A DNA stretch of 64,000 nt, from assembly GCA_964106915.2 (NCBI GenBank), contig OZ066915.1; one strand, written 5' to 3'. Position numbers and translations under genes: made by a program. Within the stretch, counting starts at the first letter, position 1. Every line of letters starts with the position of its first letter. Below, in pieces: positions 23,063 through 34,947 of this stretch. This DNA comes from Podarcis gaigeae (lineage: Eukaryota). The notes below the pieces were generated by a model that saw only the letters and a program-made list of their open reading frames with translations, was not told the origin of the DNA and ran no database searches.

Positions 23063-25930
23063 AATATCCTAAAAACTTGATCTGATTAATTTTCCCCAAC
23101 ATGGTTTTGGGAGAGGACCTTGGATACCTTTTGCTGAAACTCAAATAAAAAAAAAACCAACCTCAGACTTCACCATCCACAGGTTCCTGTCAAATGCTCT
23201 CCAGTGTAAATGAGTGTTAGCAGTAAAATATTCGCAATTGTGTTTTTAAATAGAGTATTCCTGTAGAAAAAGAATGCATTTAACACAACCCAGCTAAGAA
23301 TTTCTGGAATGTTACAATAACTAACATTTTTTTGTTTTGAAAATTTTTGTTTTTGAATAGAATGATAGAATTGCCAGTCTCAAAACCTTGGCTCAACTTA
23401 ATGTATTAATCTATCAGTGGAAATGAACAGCAAACCTTAGAAAATTGCTTGGTATACAATTTTTATATGTTTATTTTTTCTTATTTTTCTTTTTTCTTTC
23501 ACCAAAATGAACATACTTATACACCACAGTTCCCTTAGTTTGATCATGTCAAAGTATGCTGGTCAGTTATGTTAAAACTTGTACTTCAGTCAGATAGGAG
23601 AGAGAGAGCTCAAATCCATTTCAAGAAACTATTATAAAGTGCTTAAATAACTTTCCTTCTTATTGGAGGAAGGGCACAATGAGGCCATGAAATACATATA
23701 TTGGTCATGGGTACTGCCCAGTGAAAACAGTATTCATAATCAACTTGAATTTGAGAGTAAGTTCTGGTTTAGGTTACTAAGGCTGAGACTGGATTTAGCC
23801 CTTGGAATTCTTTTCAGTATAGAATTTATTTTCATGGTGTGTTTTTTTTTTAAACAATCCCCCCCATGGTTTTAAAACTAATTCCTCCTGTTCTAGCTTC
23901 TGCTGCTGCTATGCAGTTTGTTCAGAATGCAGCTTAGCTGCTATAGAATGCATATGCTCAGTTCATTAAATCTGTTTGTGATGTCTGTTTTTAATCTCAA
24001 AGGTAGAACTACTTTCTGGGGTCCAAACACTGTGGATAGTACAGTGTTGCTAACATTCTCATTATTGCCATTGTATGTACATTCATGCGCAGAGATGAAG
24101 CAAAGGCAAGCCAATCTAAAGATTTGCACCAAAAGCAGATGTCAGTATTTTGCGGCTAAGGAAGGAGCATGTGAAAGCTTCCGGGGTATATGTACCATTT
24201 TGAGACTCAATCTGCTCTTCATGTATCAAACTATATTGTTAATGTAGGGGGTTCCAATTCCAGCTGAATAAATTTTTTAAAAATGTGTTGCATTTTGTAT
24301 CTAGCAATTGTAATCCCTTTTTTGTGGAATACACACTTTGCCTCTAAAGATAAAATGTAATTCTGTGCTGTTGTATTGGAAGACTAGGGGGTTGCGAAGA
24401 AAGTAAATAAGCTTTTGGGCAAAACTACTGTATGTGCACTGAATAGAAACACTCCAGATTTTTATGTGTGGATAAGAGGTTCTCAAAGTCACAGAGGTTT
24501 TGCTTCTTTAAGGTATGATTTTCACATTCAAATTTCCATATATGCTTTTCAGGTATGCTTCCTGGCACCTGGTTTGTTTGTTTTTCCTCAATAGTGTTGC
24601 TGTTCTCATTGGAGGCTACAGAGTTCACAGGCTTAATTAACTCTTTTAGCTGTTTAGGCAGCTGATAAAAAGAAATTGCTTCCATAGCTGCCTCTTCTGT
24701 CGTTTCCCCTCACATGGTAGATTTGCAGTGCCCCATTCAACACCTCAGTTTGTGCTAATTGTAACATACTTTATTTAATGCTGTGTGTCATGTGAACAAT
24801 CTTAAGTTATTCTTTATTTCTGGTGTGTTCCTCTTTCTCCAGACTGTGAGGGAAGTTTTCTGATGAAAGTCATAAGGCAATCCTTAATTTGAAGCTAAAA
24901 GTAATATATTTTTGGCATTTGTGGGACCTCTTCAGAATATGCCTATATGCATCTTTTGGCTTTTTTTATATCAGTGAAATTTGCAAAGCACTACATCATT
25001 TTTATCAATTGTTTTAAATGTACTGCTTAAAGACTTTGAGCCTGGTGTGTAATTGTGAACCCATATTAAGAAATATTCCACACGAGAGGGTTGCCCCATC
25101 AACAATTTCAGATTAAAGCACGAATTTGCATATTATGGAGTAAGTTGAAATTTCCAAATAATTTGAGGTTCTTATTCTATCTGACTTGAAGATGATTATT
25201 TTTGTTTGTTTGAAGACAACATTCAGCTGTAGGAAATCTTTTATTGCCAACACAGATGAATTTATAGTGGGGAAGAAGCTGAATCCTAAAACTGCATTGG
25301 TACCTTGATAAGACTTCTAAAGGAAAAGTTTCTCTTTCAAAGAGGATGACTTCAAAGTTAATGGGATGTTAGACTACCTATTTGGCTTTTTATTTTATGT
25401 AAAAGATAAAACTGCATTCAAGCAATTTCAGATCTATCTGTATTAGTGTGTTGAGTAAAAGGTAGATGATTTTAAGCAAGGCAATGCTATACAATGAAAA
25501 AGTGGTTTTTCATAGGATATTTACACTGCAAACTTGCTTAAATTTTAAAATGCTGATGTTAAAATCCACTGAGATGTGGATGTTACAGATGCCTGGAGTC
25601 TTGTGCAATTAGCCATGAATGGGGAAAGGTATCTTGGATCTTCAGTGCTTGGTTCCACTTAATCTGTGGCAGTAAATATGGTGCTAGACTAATTTCTTGG
25701 CACCTTGCTGCCTTCTCTTCACTATAGTTTTCTAAATGCCAGTATTGCCTCCATACAAGTTTCAGATGCAAACCCCTTAAGTGTTGGTAAACAAGACTGT
25801 GACTTTCTTTAAAAAGTCCTGACTGTTATTAAAAAATCTAAAGATGCGGTATGCATATAAATATATTGGTTAAGTTATAAACAAATGTAAGCTTGCTCTG
25901 ATTAATAAAGAAACTTAAATCACCATTTTT
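23063..25930 (+). other. CANX: CANX 3' UTR with several poly(A) signals
   Basis: AT-rich stretch with no obvious repeats after the stop; AATAAA at 23144, 24267 and 25904, the last followed by a U-rich tract. The true end is inferred. Confidence 0.6.
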
Positions 25931-26794
25931 CTACTGTCTAGTTTGCTATATTTTTATCTTTTAAAGTTCAGCTGATCTAAGGGCAGAGGATTCAGCAAAT
26001 GCTAAAGAAAAATCTAGGCTTCTTGGGGCAAAGATTTTCAGAGACAAAATAAGTACTGGAAGACATTACCGTCATACAAAAGGCACAACAGTAAAATGTT
26101 CTCCATTCTCTTATGTGCTACTGAAATACCTTGAGTTACAAAAAGTTACAAAAATGGAATAGTTCAAGTAAGTTGCACCTTGTTTTCAACCCTGGTCATC
26201 AAAATGCAGTGGCTTGGCTTGTTCATATAGGTTTTTAAAGATTGATTTGTTTTAGCATTAGCAGTTGTGGACATGGCAGGATTTTAATCTCCCATAACCT
26301 TTGTAGAACTGGCTACAGATAAAATTGCCTGAAAACTAACTAAACTCTAATCCGTATTTGCAAGGTTTCATTGCTTAGTCACATCAAAGCAATCACCACA
26401 CCTTCAAAGACATTTGGGATGTTAATGTGACGTGTCTCCCCACCCCCCCAAGGTAACTGACTAGTCTGGGAGTAAGTTGTCTTATTTTGTCCAATTATTA
26501 TCTTACAGGTTTAATTAAAGCTCAACACTTCTAGGTCATTATTTTGTGTAGTGTTCCAGAATTGGTGGCTTCCAATGCTTAACTGAAAATCCGATCAGAT
26601 CTTTAAAACATTCGTGTATTTTCACTCCAAAAAATTTGCTTTTTCTTCTCTCTAGTCTAGTACCTTGTTCAAGTGAATTGCATGAGACTAGTTCAATCTT
26701 TTACATTCCTTGGTTTTAGTGGGGTGGGGCGTAAGGTGGGGTAGTGTTGCCTAAATGGTAAAATGTCTTGATAAAACGTCAAAACAGAATAAAA

Positions 26795-26990
26795 AAATTC
26801 CTTCCAGTAGCACCTTAGAGACCAACTAAGTTTGTCATTGGTATGAGCTTTCCTGTGCATGCACACTTCTTCAGATACACTGAAACAGAAGTTAACAGAC
26901 CCTTACATACAGTGAGAGGGTGGGGAGGGGTATTACTCAGAAGGGTGGTGAGAATGGGTGATTGGCTGATAGGTGTGGTAAACCTGTTGT
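26795..26990 (-). mobile_element. Penelope-like element terminal fragment
   Basis: gtagcaccttagagaccaac...agctttcctgtgcatgcacacttcttcagatac resembles the terminus I recognise from squamate Penelope elements; not database-checked. Confidence 0.65.
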
Positions 26991-27629
26991 CTACTTCATA
27001 AAAGTCAGAAGTTCTTGTTTGTTTGCTTCTGTGACTAGAGCTTCCAAATTTCCAGAGCCTACAAAAGAAATGTTTTTGCTGATGGCAGCTGTGTTTTCAT
27101 TCCTCTGTTAAACCACTATATTGCCCAATTAATGAAGTATTTCGACAGTAAAACTATCAGACCCATACAGTTGCACAAAAAGTATTTAATCTTTGGATTG
27201 TGGCCTTGCCCTTCTTCACGGCAGGGAGCAGAAAGAAGTATCAGTTGCTGCGCTTGCTTTTCCCACACAGGCATCCAATCGGCTGTGCTGGACTTGATGG
27301 GCCACTGGGCTGATCCAGCAGGATTCTTATGTTCTCAAGAATAATTGGGCTGGGGAGTTGACTAAATTATCTGTCCTGCTGTAGCGAGAGAGGCATAAAG
27401 CCTACAGATTTTGTGTGCTGCTTTTGCTATGCATCAAAAGCCTCAACCCTAAAATGGTAGGCATTTTGCTTTAAATGAATTGTGGGCGAGAATTCTACAT
27501 TTTTAATCTTGGCCTTAAGCTTTGTATAATGCTCCATTAAGTCACGAGTTGTTGCTTCTTTTTTTTCAGGCCAAGGAGACTACCACTAAGTCACTCTTTC
27601 AAGCACTTCACCATCTCTCCCTTCTTTGG

Positions 27630-28860
27630 TAGGCGGAGCGGCCGCGAAGTTCCAGCTTCTATCACCTTTTAATCACACCTAAAGCCCCGCCCTTTACCCA
27701 GTTCCGGAAAGGGCGGGGTGGCGTGGGGGAGGGGAAAAGAAGAGATCAGAGGCGGAGGGGAGGGGGAAGGAGCTCTGTCTCGTCTTTCCACCCACCCACC
27801 CCTCTTCCGATCTCGCTTCCGATAGGCTTGCCCTGCTGTCTGTTAAACCCCGTGAGCAATGAGTGCGGGGCCGTGACGTCAGGCACCACATAGGAAACTC
27901 CTCCGCCTTCTTCGCTGGGGCTGGCTCTCGGCGGGGGAGGGGAGGGAGGAAAAGGGGTGAAACAATTTCAAGATGGCGGCGACTGAGGCGCGGATAACAA
28001 TGGAAAGCGGGAGGCTTGGGTGGCTCCGGGCCTGAGCTGGGGTCGGGGCAGGAGTGAGGGAAAGTCGGCGGCGCGTCGCCAGGCTCCCGGCAGGAGGCGG
28101 GGCGGCCCCGGCCTGTAAAGGGTGGCGGCAGCGAAGGAGGAGGAGAAGGACGACGACGACGACTACAGGGGAAGAGAGCCGAGGCTGTGAGGGCTGCCCG
28201 GTGTCTCTGGCCGCCAGCCATGGCGGAGTGAAGCGGCCGCCTGGTCTCTCGCGTTGCCTTTCTCGCCCTCGGCTCATGGTCCTGCCCCCCTGCCCCATGG
28301 CGGAGTTCGTGGTTCCGCGACACAGCGCGGTGATGGAGCGGCTCCGCCGGCGGATCGAGCTGTGCCGGCGGCATCACAGCGCCTGCGAGTCCCGCTACCA
28401 GGCCGTATCCCCGGAGCGGCTGGAGCTGGAGCGCCAGCAGACCTTCGCCCTCCACCAGCGCTGCTTGCAGGCCAAGGCCAAGCGGGCCGGGAAGCACCGC
28501 CAGCCTCCTCTGCCTCCCCCGGCAGCCGCTCCGCCGGCCGCCCCGTCCCAGCCGCCTCCCCCTACTCCGGCCCCGGGCTCCGGGGGCTCCTCTGCCTCTA
28601 CCTCCGCTCCTCCCGACAGGCCTGGAGTCAACGGGCTGGACGCCGACACCGCGGGCGGTGAGCAGCAGCATCAGCACGGCCGGAGCAGCGCCCTCATCGC
28701 GGTAAGGTCCCAGCTGGCGGGCCCCGGGGTTGGTTGGGGCTTTGGCCGGGGGAATCCGCGCCACCCCTTGAAAAGGACCTGTAGGGCCGTGAAGGCTGAG
28801 GCCGGTGGTCAGAAAGGAGTCGTGGCTTGGAGGGAACTTTCCTTTAATAAGGCTGGAGAG
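27630..28860 (+). promoter_or_regulatory. MAML1: MAML1 CpG-island promoter and first exon
   Basis: High CpG density; GC boxes near 27685 and 27711, palindromic ETS core TTCCGGAA at 27702, full CRE TGACGTCA at 27874-27881, YY1 motif CAAGATGGCGGC at 27969-27980. Confidence 0.85.
28276..28701 (+). CDS. MAML1: Mastermind-like 1 exon 1 (Notch/CSL-binding helix)
   Basis: MVLPPCPMAEFVVPRHSAVMERLRRRIELCRRHHSACESRYQAVSPERLELERQQTFALHQRCLQAKAKRAGKH; donor GCG|gtaagg. Confidence 0.97.
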
Positions 28861-29967
28861 GTTTGAGGCCTCCCTCAGAGCTCGAGTTCCTCATATTGGG
28901 AACAAGATAAGAGGATGTTTGTTTCCACCTCCCCCGGGCCGCTCCAGCTGTGCATGAAAGAGAAAATTGATTGTTTGCTCTCCTGATTCTATCTACCCCA
29001 TTCCCCGGCATATATATAAATATAGAGAGTCTCGTCTCTTCCAGCTTATTAAGGCAGCGTACATATGTAAATAGTGATTAAAGAAAAAGCGGGGATCTCT
29101 AGCAAAGTATGTAGGAAAAGTAAGAAATGGTAGGCTTCCAGTTCCGTTACGAGCAAAATAAAGGTGAATGCGATTCTTTACTTCCTTTAGCGTTGCTATA
29201 TCTTGGCTTTACAGCGAAATGTGGCATGAGAATGATCCATCCAGGCAGGCAGGCAAGTTGGTGAAATGTTCTTGAAGCTCTGCTCATGCCCAGTGTAATA
29301 AGCCTGTGCAGATAGTCGTTTGGCAGGAAAAATAAGGACTGCATTTTCCCCATGTATATATGTATTGTTTTTTCTTCTTAGAGTGGTTCACATGGGAGGC
29401 ACTGTTTTTATTTTCACAGCAACATTGTCTGATAGGTTACTGTATGTGAGCAACTGGCCTAGTCCCTGCAATACTGGCTATGTAACAGAGGGGGAGCTTC
29501 AGTATGAAGAGTTTTTAATGGGGGTTTAGGGACCAACTTGGAGACTGGTATGGAATGTCTGCATACACAGAAATTGAGAATTTTACTCCATATAGTGGAG
29601 CCTGCTTGTTCTGGTTTTCTAAGCATATTGGTCCAATGACTCAATCCACCACATCATGTGTATGAGTTTGTGGAAAATGAAGAAGTCTGCTTATGCCTTT
29701 TCCTACTGTGGGTTTAAAAATGTAAAGATAATACCTGTCTTCCCTGTAAAAGGGTAGGTTTTGCTAACTTGCCCTATAGAATCAGGTCAGTGCTTTAGGG
29801 CTGAAGCAAGGTGTAGAAAAATCGCACACAGTTAGATGGTGTGCTAAGAAAGCCACACATAAGAAACAGTAAAGCTGTTGTGGGTAATCCCAAACAGCTG
29901 TAGGTGACTATGTTTCATGGTCACTTTGAGATGATGCCTTTGAGTTTAGGTTTGCTCGCCTTTGAGC

Positions 29968-30317
29968 CAGTGTTAGAAACTTAGATATATAAACTAGGCG
30001 CCAAATGGTTCCTTAAACCAGGGATACATTTGCCAAAACAGAATGCCTAGTTGCCATTTTGGGGGTAGACAGCTCAAAAGTAATAATTTTCAATATGACT
30101 TTCTGGCTCCTGAAATTAATTCTGATTGTGCAGATAAAATATAGTTGATAAAATTGCTAGTGTGTAAAAACAGTCAAGATCCAAGGATGCCCAAGCATGC
30201 ACTCTAGTTAGTGGAGACATCAGGCGCCATCCTGGCACCTGGGCATCTTCACTTGGTCGCAAGTGCCTGATAGCCAGGTTCAAAATGTGCCTGGTGCCTG
30301 GCAAATTTTGAACGCTG
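29968..30317. mobile_element. hAT-like MITE
   Basis: Imperfect TIRs CAGTGTTAGAAACT / AATTTTGAACGCTG; 8-bp TSD ctttgagc/ctttgatt; second copy near 1340. Confidence 0.75.
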
Positions 30318-32355
30318 CTTTGATTACAACTGAAAAATAAAATGAAGCTGCAACTGTCTCTTCAGCCTAGCACCAGTGCTTCAAGGTCTGAAGTTGAGGC
30401 TTTTCCTAGTATTAACTTCTGTGATTATTTCACCAGGATTTAAACCTGGGACTTTTAGACAGGCAAATCACTGTGCTGTGGCCTCTCCCAAATAAGTTTC
30501 AAAATTTTGGACCCCTATTGGAATTGGAAGATATACTTTCTGTCGGTAACTTTTGTGTTGAAATAGTGAAGTATAATTCCAGATACACTGGAGAGGTAGA
30601 ATATTATAAATTTATTGGGATTTTAGTTCTCCAAATTTTTCCTCATGTACCCTTACTTGTGCTTTATATTATAGCTCTGTGAAAGGATGGGTAAAGACTC
30701 AGAAACATCACATAAACATATTTTCATTGTCTTAAGTAAGGCTTGAATGTTTGTGTATTTCTAATGGATTCTTAGAATTTATTAATAAACATTGTAATCT
30801 GAGTTGTATTTTAGCAGCCTTGAAGAGAAGGACATGCCTTGGGGAAAGTTGCTTACTTATGTTATTAGTTGTAGATAGTCCCTAAGTCAAAATAAGCAAC
30901 CATATATCAGATTGTATGCAAAGGGCATATTTTTTCCAACATTGCTCCTTTCTTTAGGTGTAATATTTTATCATTTAAATACCAAAACCAAATTAATTAC
31001 AGCAGGAACAATATGGTTGGGTATTATCCAGTGATTCCCCACCCCAATGTACGATACATCTAGCAAAGCACTGGACTTGGTTCCTTTTCTAGTTATTTTC
31101 AAATAATCTAAGCTATCTCTCAAGTGCATTTGTACAAATGCATTAATAATAGAGCTGTAGCACTTTTTCATAAGCAAGGCCCATTAAATCCAACATCCTC
31201 TCTTCAGTGTCCAAGCCTATGGGAAGCCTGCAGGCAGGATCTGAGTGCAGCAGAGAGCTCCCTACTTGTGAATCCCAGAAGCTGGTATTTATAGATATAC
31301 TGCCTCTGACACTGAAACATGTTATTTTTTTCCTACAAAATGAACATTTTAAAAACTGTGTACCTTCATCCTTTAGGGTAGATAAAATGTTACTATGCTT
31401 CAGTTTTATCACCAGTGGCTATTGGCAAGTCTCCAGTGGGTAAGATTAAATGGGAAGGAAGAAGTATTCTCTTTATTGGTCACTGAATATTTGGCTAGAA
31501 AAATGAAAGTAAAAATTAAAATCTCTCACATTCCTTGTATTAGATTGCTATTTATTCTTGATACAAGAGATTGACATATCTAATCTTGAATTTCTTCTGT
31601 GCCTGAGCTCACAGTGATTTTTAAATACTGAAAACAAAGAAAGTTAACTACGTTGGTAAAGATAAAGTGAATTGCCAAGCTGTTTAGGTCACTATGGTTA
31701 ACAACACATCTGAAAGATGCATCCAAAATGATACTAATACCCTTAGTAAGCTAGGGAATGAGAAAAGGAGCAAACCAGGTAACCCTTTCTATGACATTTT
31801 AGGTTGTGATCTTTGCATCTGGTAGAGTCAGGAGTTGCCTGCCCTATTAGTCATTTGTCTGTTTTAGAATTTGGCTGGACAGAGCTAGGACATAGTCAGA
31901 AGGATGGGTCACTTTAATCTTTTTCTGGCAGTGAGGTTGTAAGAAGGCCCTGTGATCTGACAATGTCTTAAATGGTATGTGTCCCAGATAGAAGGTTGTT
32001 CAAAACTTTGTAAGAAGAGCTTGGTAAATTCTTTGATACTTTAAACTTTATGTTGCATTTCAAAGTGTACACTTTAAAATACACACTTCAGAAAGGAAAA
32101 TGGCTAAGAACATAAAACATAACTCTATAACTTTCTGTTTTATACATATTTTGCATTGTATCCAATGCTGTCAGTGCATGAACAGAACAGATTTCCACTC
32201 ACACAACTGGAGCTCACTTCCCTCTTTTAACCTTGCAGTCCTCACACACTCTAAAAAACTGTTTGTAGGTTTGGGAGACCGCCAGAAAACATTTTGGGGT
32301 GTGCAGGTGTGGAGTTGCAGAGGGTAGAAGAAGGTGATTCCTTGTTGCTCTAGTA

Positions 32356-32497
32356 CAGGGGTGCCCAAACTTTTTTCAAAGAGGGCCAGATTTGATGGAA
32401 TGAACATATGTGAGGGCCGACCAAAGTTGTTGAGCTTTTTTAAGGATTTGACCCCAATAAATAAACTGGCCCCCAAAATGGACTTTGGACATGCCTG
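32356..32497. mobile_element. hAT-type MITE
   Basis: CAGGGGTGCCCAAAC...CTTTGGACATGCCTG termini. Confidence 0.6.
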
Positions 32498-34782
32498 TTC
32501 CAGTAGCAATGTTGGGTTCCACCCTTTATTGTCAGAAAAGTAAGTGTTAAGCAGAGCAATTGAATCTTCCATGGAGTTAGAAGGGACCCTGAGGATCATC
32601 TAATTCCTGTACACTATGCCAATATGTCACATACACCCTGTAGCCCTGACACTGCCTTTCCAAAGCTGGGTACGCAAGTTGCATGTCTCTGGCAGGGTCC
32701 TATAGCCCTCACATCTCCTTCCCAAAGTTCATCTGCATGAGGGCTGGGGGGCATCAAATGTTGCTGAGGGCCACCAAAAAAGGCTTCAAGGGCCATGCAT
32801 TGGACCACCCTGCTCTAGTATTTTCCCTTAAACCTTCTGGTTTTGAATTTCCACATCACCTGATTATTTTCAGGTGTTGATATCTATGTAACCCTCTTGC
32901 CAAAAGGAAAGCAAAAGGGTAAGAAAAGCCTGATTAGACCTCTTAATGACCTTCTAATGGCTAACTGTTTTTAACATTGTGTTTTAATTGACGCCCTGAG
33001 ACGTTAGGGTGAAGGGCAGATAATAACAACTTTATGCTTACTTTTGAACAGTTGGACCATATAGAATGTGACCATATAGTATGGGTTAAACTTCTAATTT
33101 TTAGATGATCTACAATCTATATTTTAACAGAAAAAAGCACTTATATGGATATAAGTACCATACAATCTGGTTATCTGCCTTTTCTTGTTTAGCACCAAGG
33201 AACTAATGTGCAAACTATATGCTTGATGGTATTTCTCAAACAATATTCTTAAACACTGCTGGAAGAGATGTGGATGGATCTGCCCCTATTTTTGAGCAGT
33301 CAAACTCCAAATTGCTTTACCATTAAGTGTGGTAATGAGCAGAAGTTGGGGACATTTTATCAATGGATAAGATACCACCACAACTGAAAATTATGTCAAA
33401 CCCTACATCCTTAGTTGCCTTTCTACAAATGGAATGGCTTCTTCTGTTCATGAAAGTGACATGAGTCCATCCACCTCCCATGCTGTTTCAGAGGATCCGC
33501 CAGCCTTCTGGAAGAGATTTTACTGGGGCACAGGGAATGCATGGGAAGAGGAAATTGGCGAATATCACCTTTCCCCACTTCTGGTAGTCAGGTAGTGGCA
33601 GTACCCCAGGTGTGGACTTGCACTCATAGGAACTTAGAATCTAAGTCCCTCCCTTGTTTATGTTGAGGCAAGGAACAGATCCAGCAGAGGTTCTTAGCTG
33701 TGGGAAGAGAGAGGAGCAGCAATTGCAGTGATTCCTCATTGTCCCAGCATCTCCCATTAGCACTTCCCTTGCTTTTCTGGAGGCCCTCCCTCCCCACTCT
33801 GAAACAGCTTTTCAAGGCACACAAGTGGCTGCAAGCACCAGCTCCAGTGAGCACATTAGGGTGGAACCCTATGGAAATTATGTTCAGTGTTTATTAAGAT
33901 TGTGAGCACCTTTTAAAAATTTAGCCAGTATATATCCTTTCCCCGTACTACTGTTGGTACTGACAACTTGCATCACTTGCAGGCAAGAGCTGTATGTTGT
34001 CAACAAGAACACTGTTTGCTTTTATTGCTTATTAGTGTACTGAAACATAAACAAGTTTTAATTAAAATACTCTTGCAATGACGATGATCCTGTTGTGTGT
34101 TCTGAAATTAATGTTCTCCCTTTTACATGTAGGCACTTACTGTACCAACAAAATAGCGGTATCTACATGTTTCTGGGGTATTCTCTCATCAGAGGTCTGT
34201 CATTGACCTTACTCACTTCTGTAGTTCAGGGAGCCATGGTTTGGTATACATAGGTGAACTTGGGACCCAGAAATTTTGCAGGCAGTGTCACTGCCCCAAG
34301 CAGTTGTATTCATCCTGATTGGGAGATTTTGTGATTGATTAGAGACAGGACAGTACTGATAACAGTTACATTGCCTGTAAGCCGTGTGATAGTTGCCTTC
34401 CAGGCATGCCTAAGATCTGCTTTGGCTGCCTGAAGTAATGCAAGGTGTGGAGTTGGAATGACTGCAGACCATTTTGTGGGATTACACACACAATTGCTTT
34501 CAGTGCTTGGATAGAAGTTTCTGCTAACAAGCTGATTAACTTGTTGCACAACAAGTTGAGGTAGGGTGTTGTTTACTGGTCTGTATGCTATTGGCAGTTT
34601 AATGCTGTCTTCTCACAAGTCTCATTTCATTTTACTGTAATGGTGTTTTCTGAGATATAAAGCACCCAGAGCAACTAGTAATGCTGTTCGACTTTAAAAG
34701 AGGTGGACAGGCTAGCATTTTGTTTTACAAGTCACAGAAGTTCTGATATAGAAAAAAAGTTTCTACTGTAGCTGTGAATTAA

Positions 34783-34947
34783 AGTATTTTTCCGTCTATT
34801 AGATGACCCCATGTATAAGATGCCCCCTATTTTGGGGGACTCAGATTTAAGAAAATGGGGGGAGGTGGTCCAGAGTATAAGACACCCCCTAATTTTTGAC
34901 ATTATTTTTAAGGGGAAAAAACTAGTCTTATACACTGAAAAATACGG
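34783..34947. mobile_element. Tc2/pogo-like MITE
   Basis: gtatttttccgtctat...tacactgaaaaatacgg|TA termini with internal tataagaNNccccc repeats. Confidence 0.7.

Noticed and set aside
27259-27268. RBPJ site (reverse TGTGGGAA) upstream of MAML1, suggesting autoregulation
   Set aside because: A single short motif that appears to lie inside a common squamate repeat remnant; expected by chance.
27694-28764. 356-aa antisense ORF over MAML1 exon 1
   Set aside because: Low-complexity G/P/R translation with no recognisable domain; the expected shadow of a GC-rich coding CpG island.
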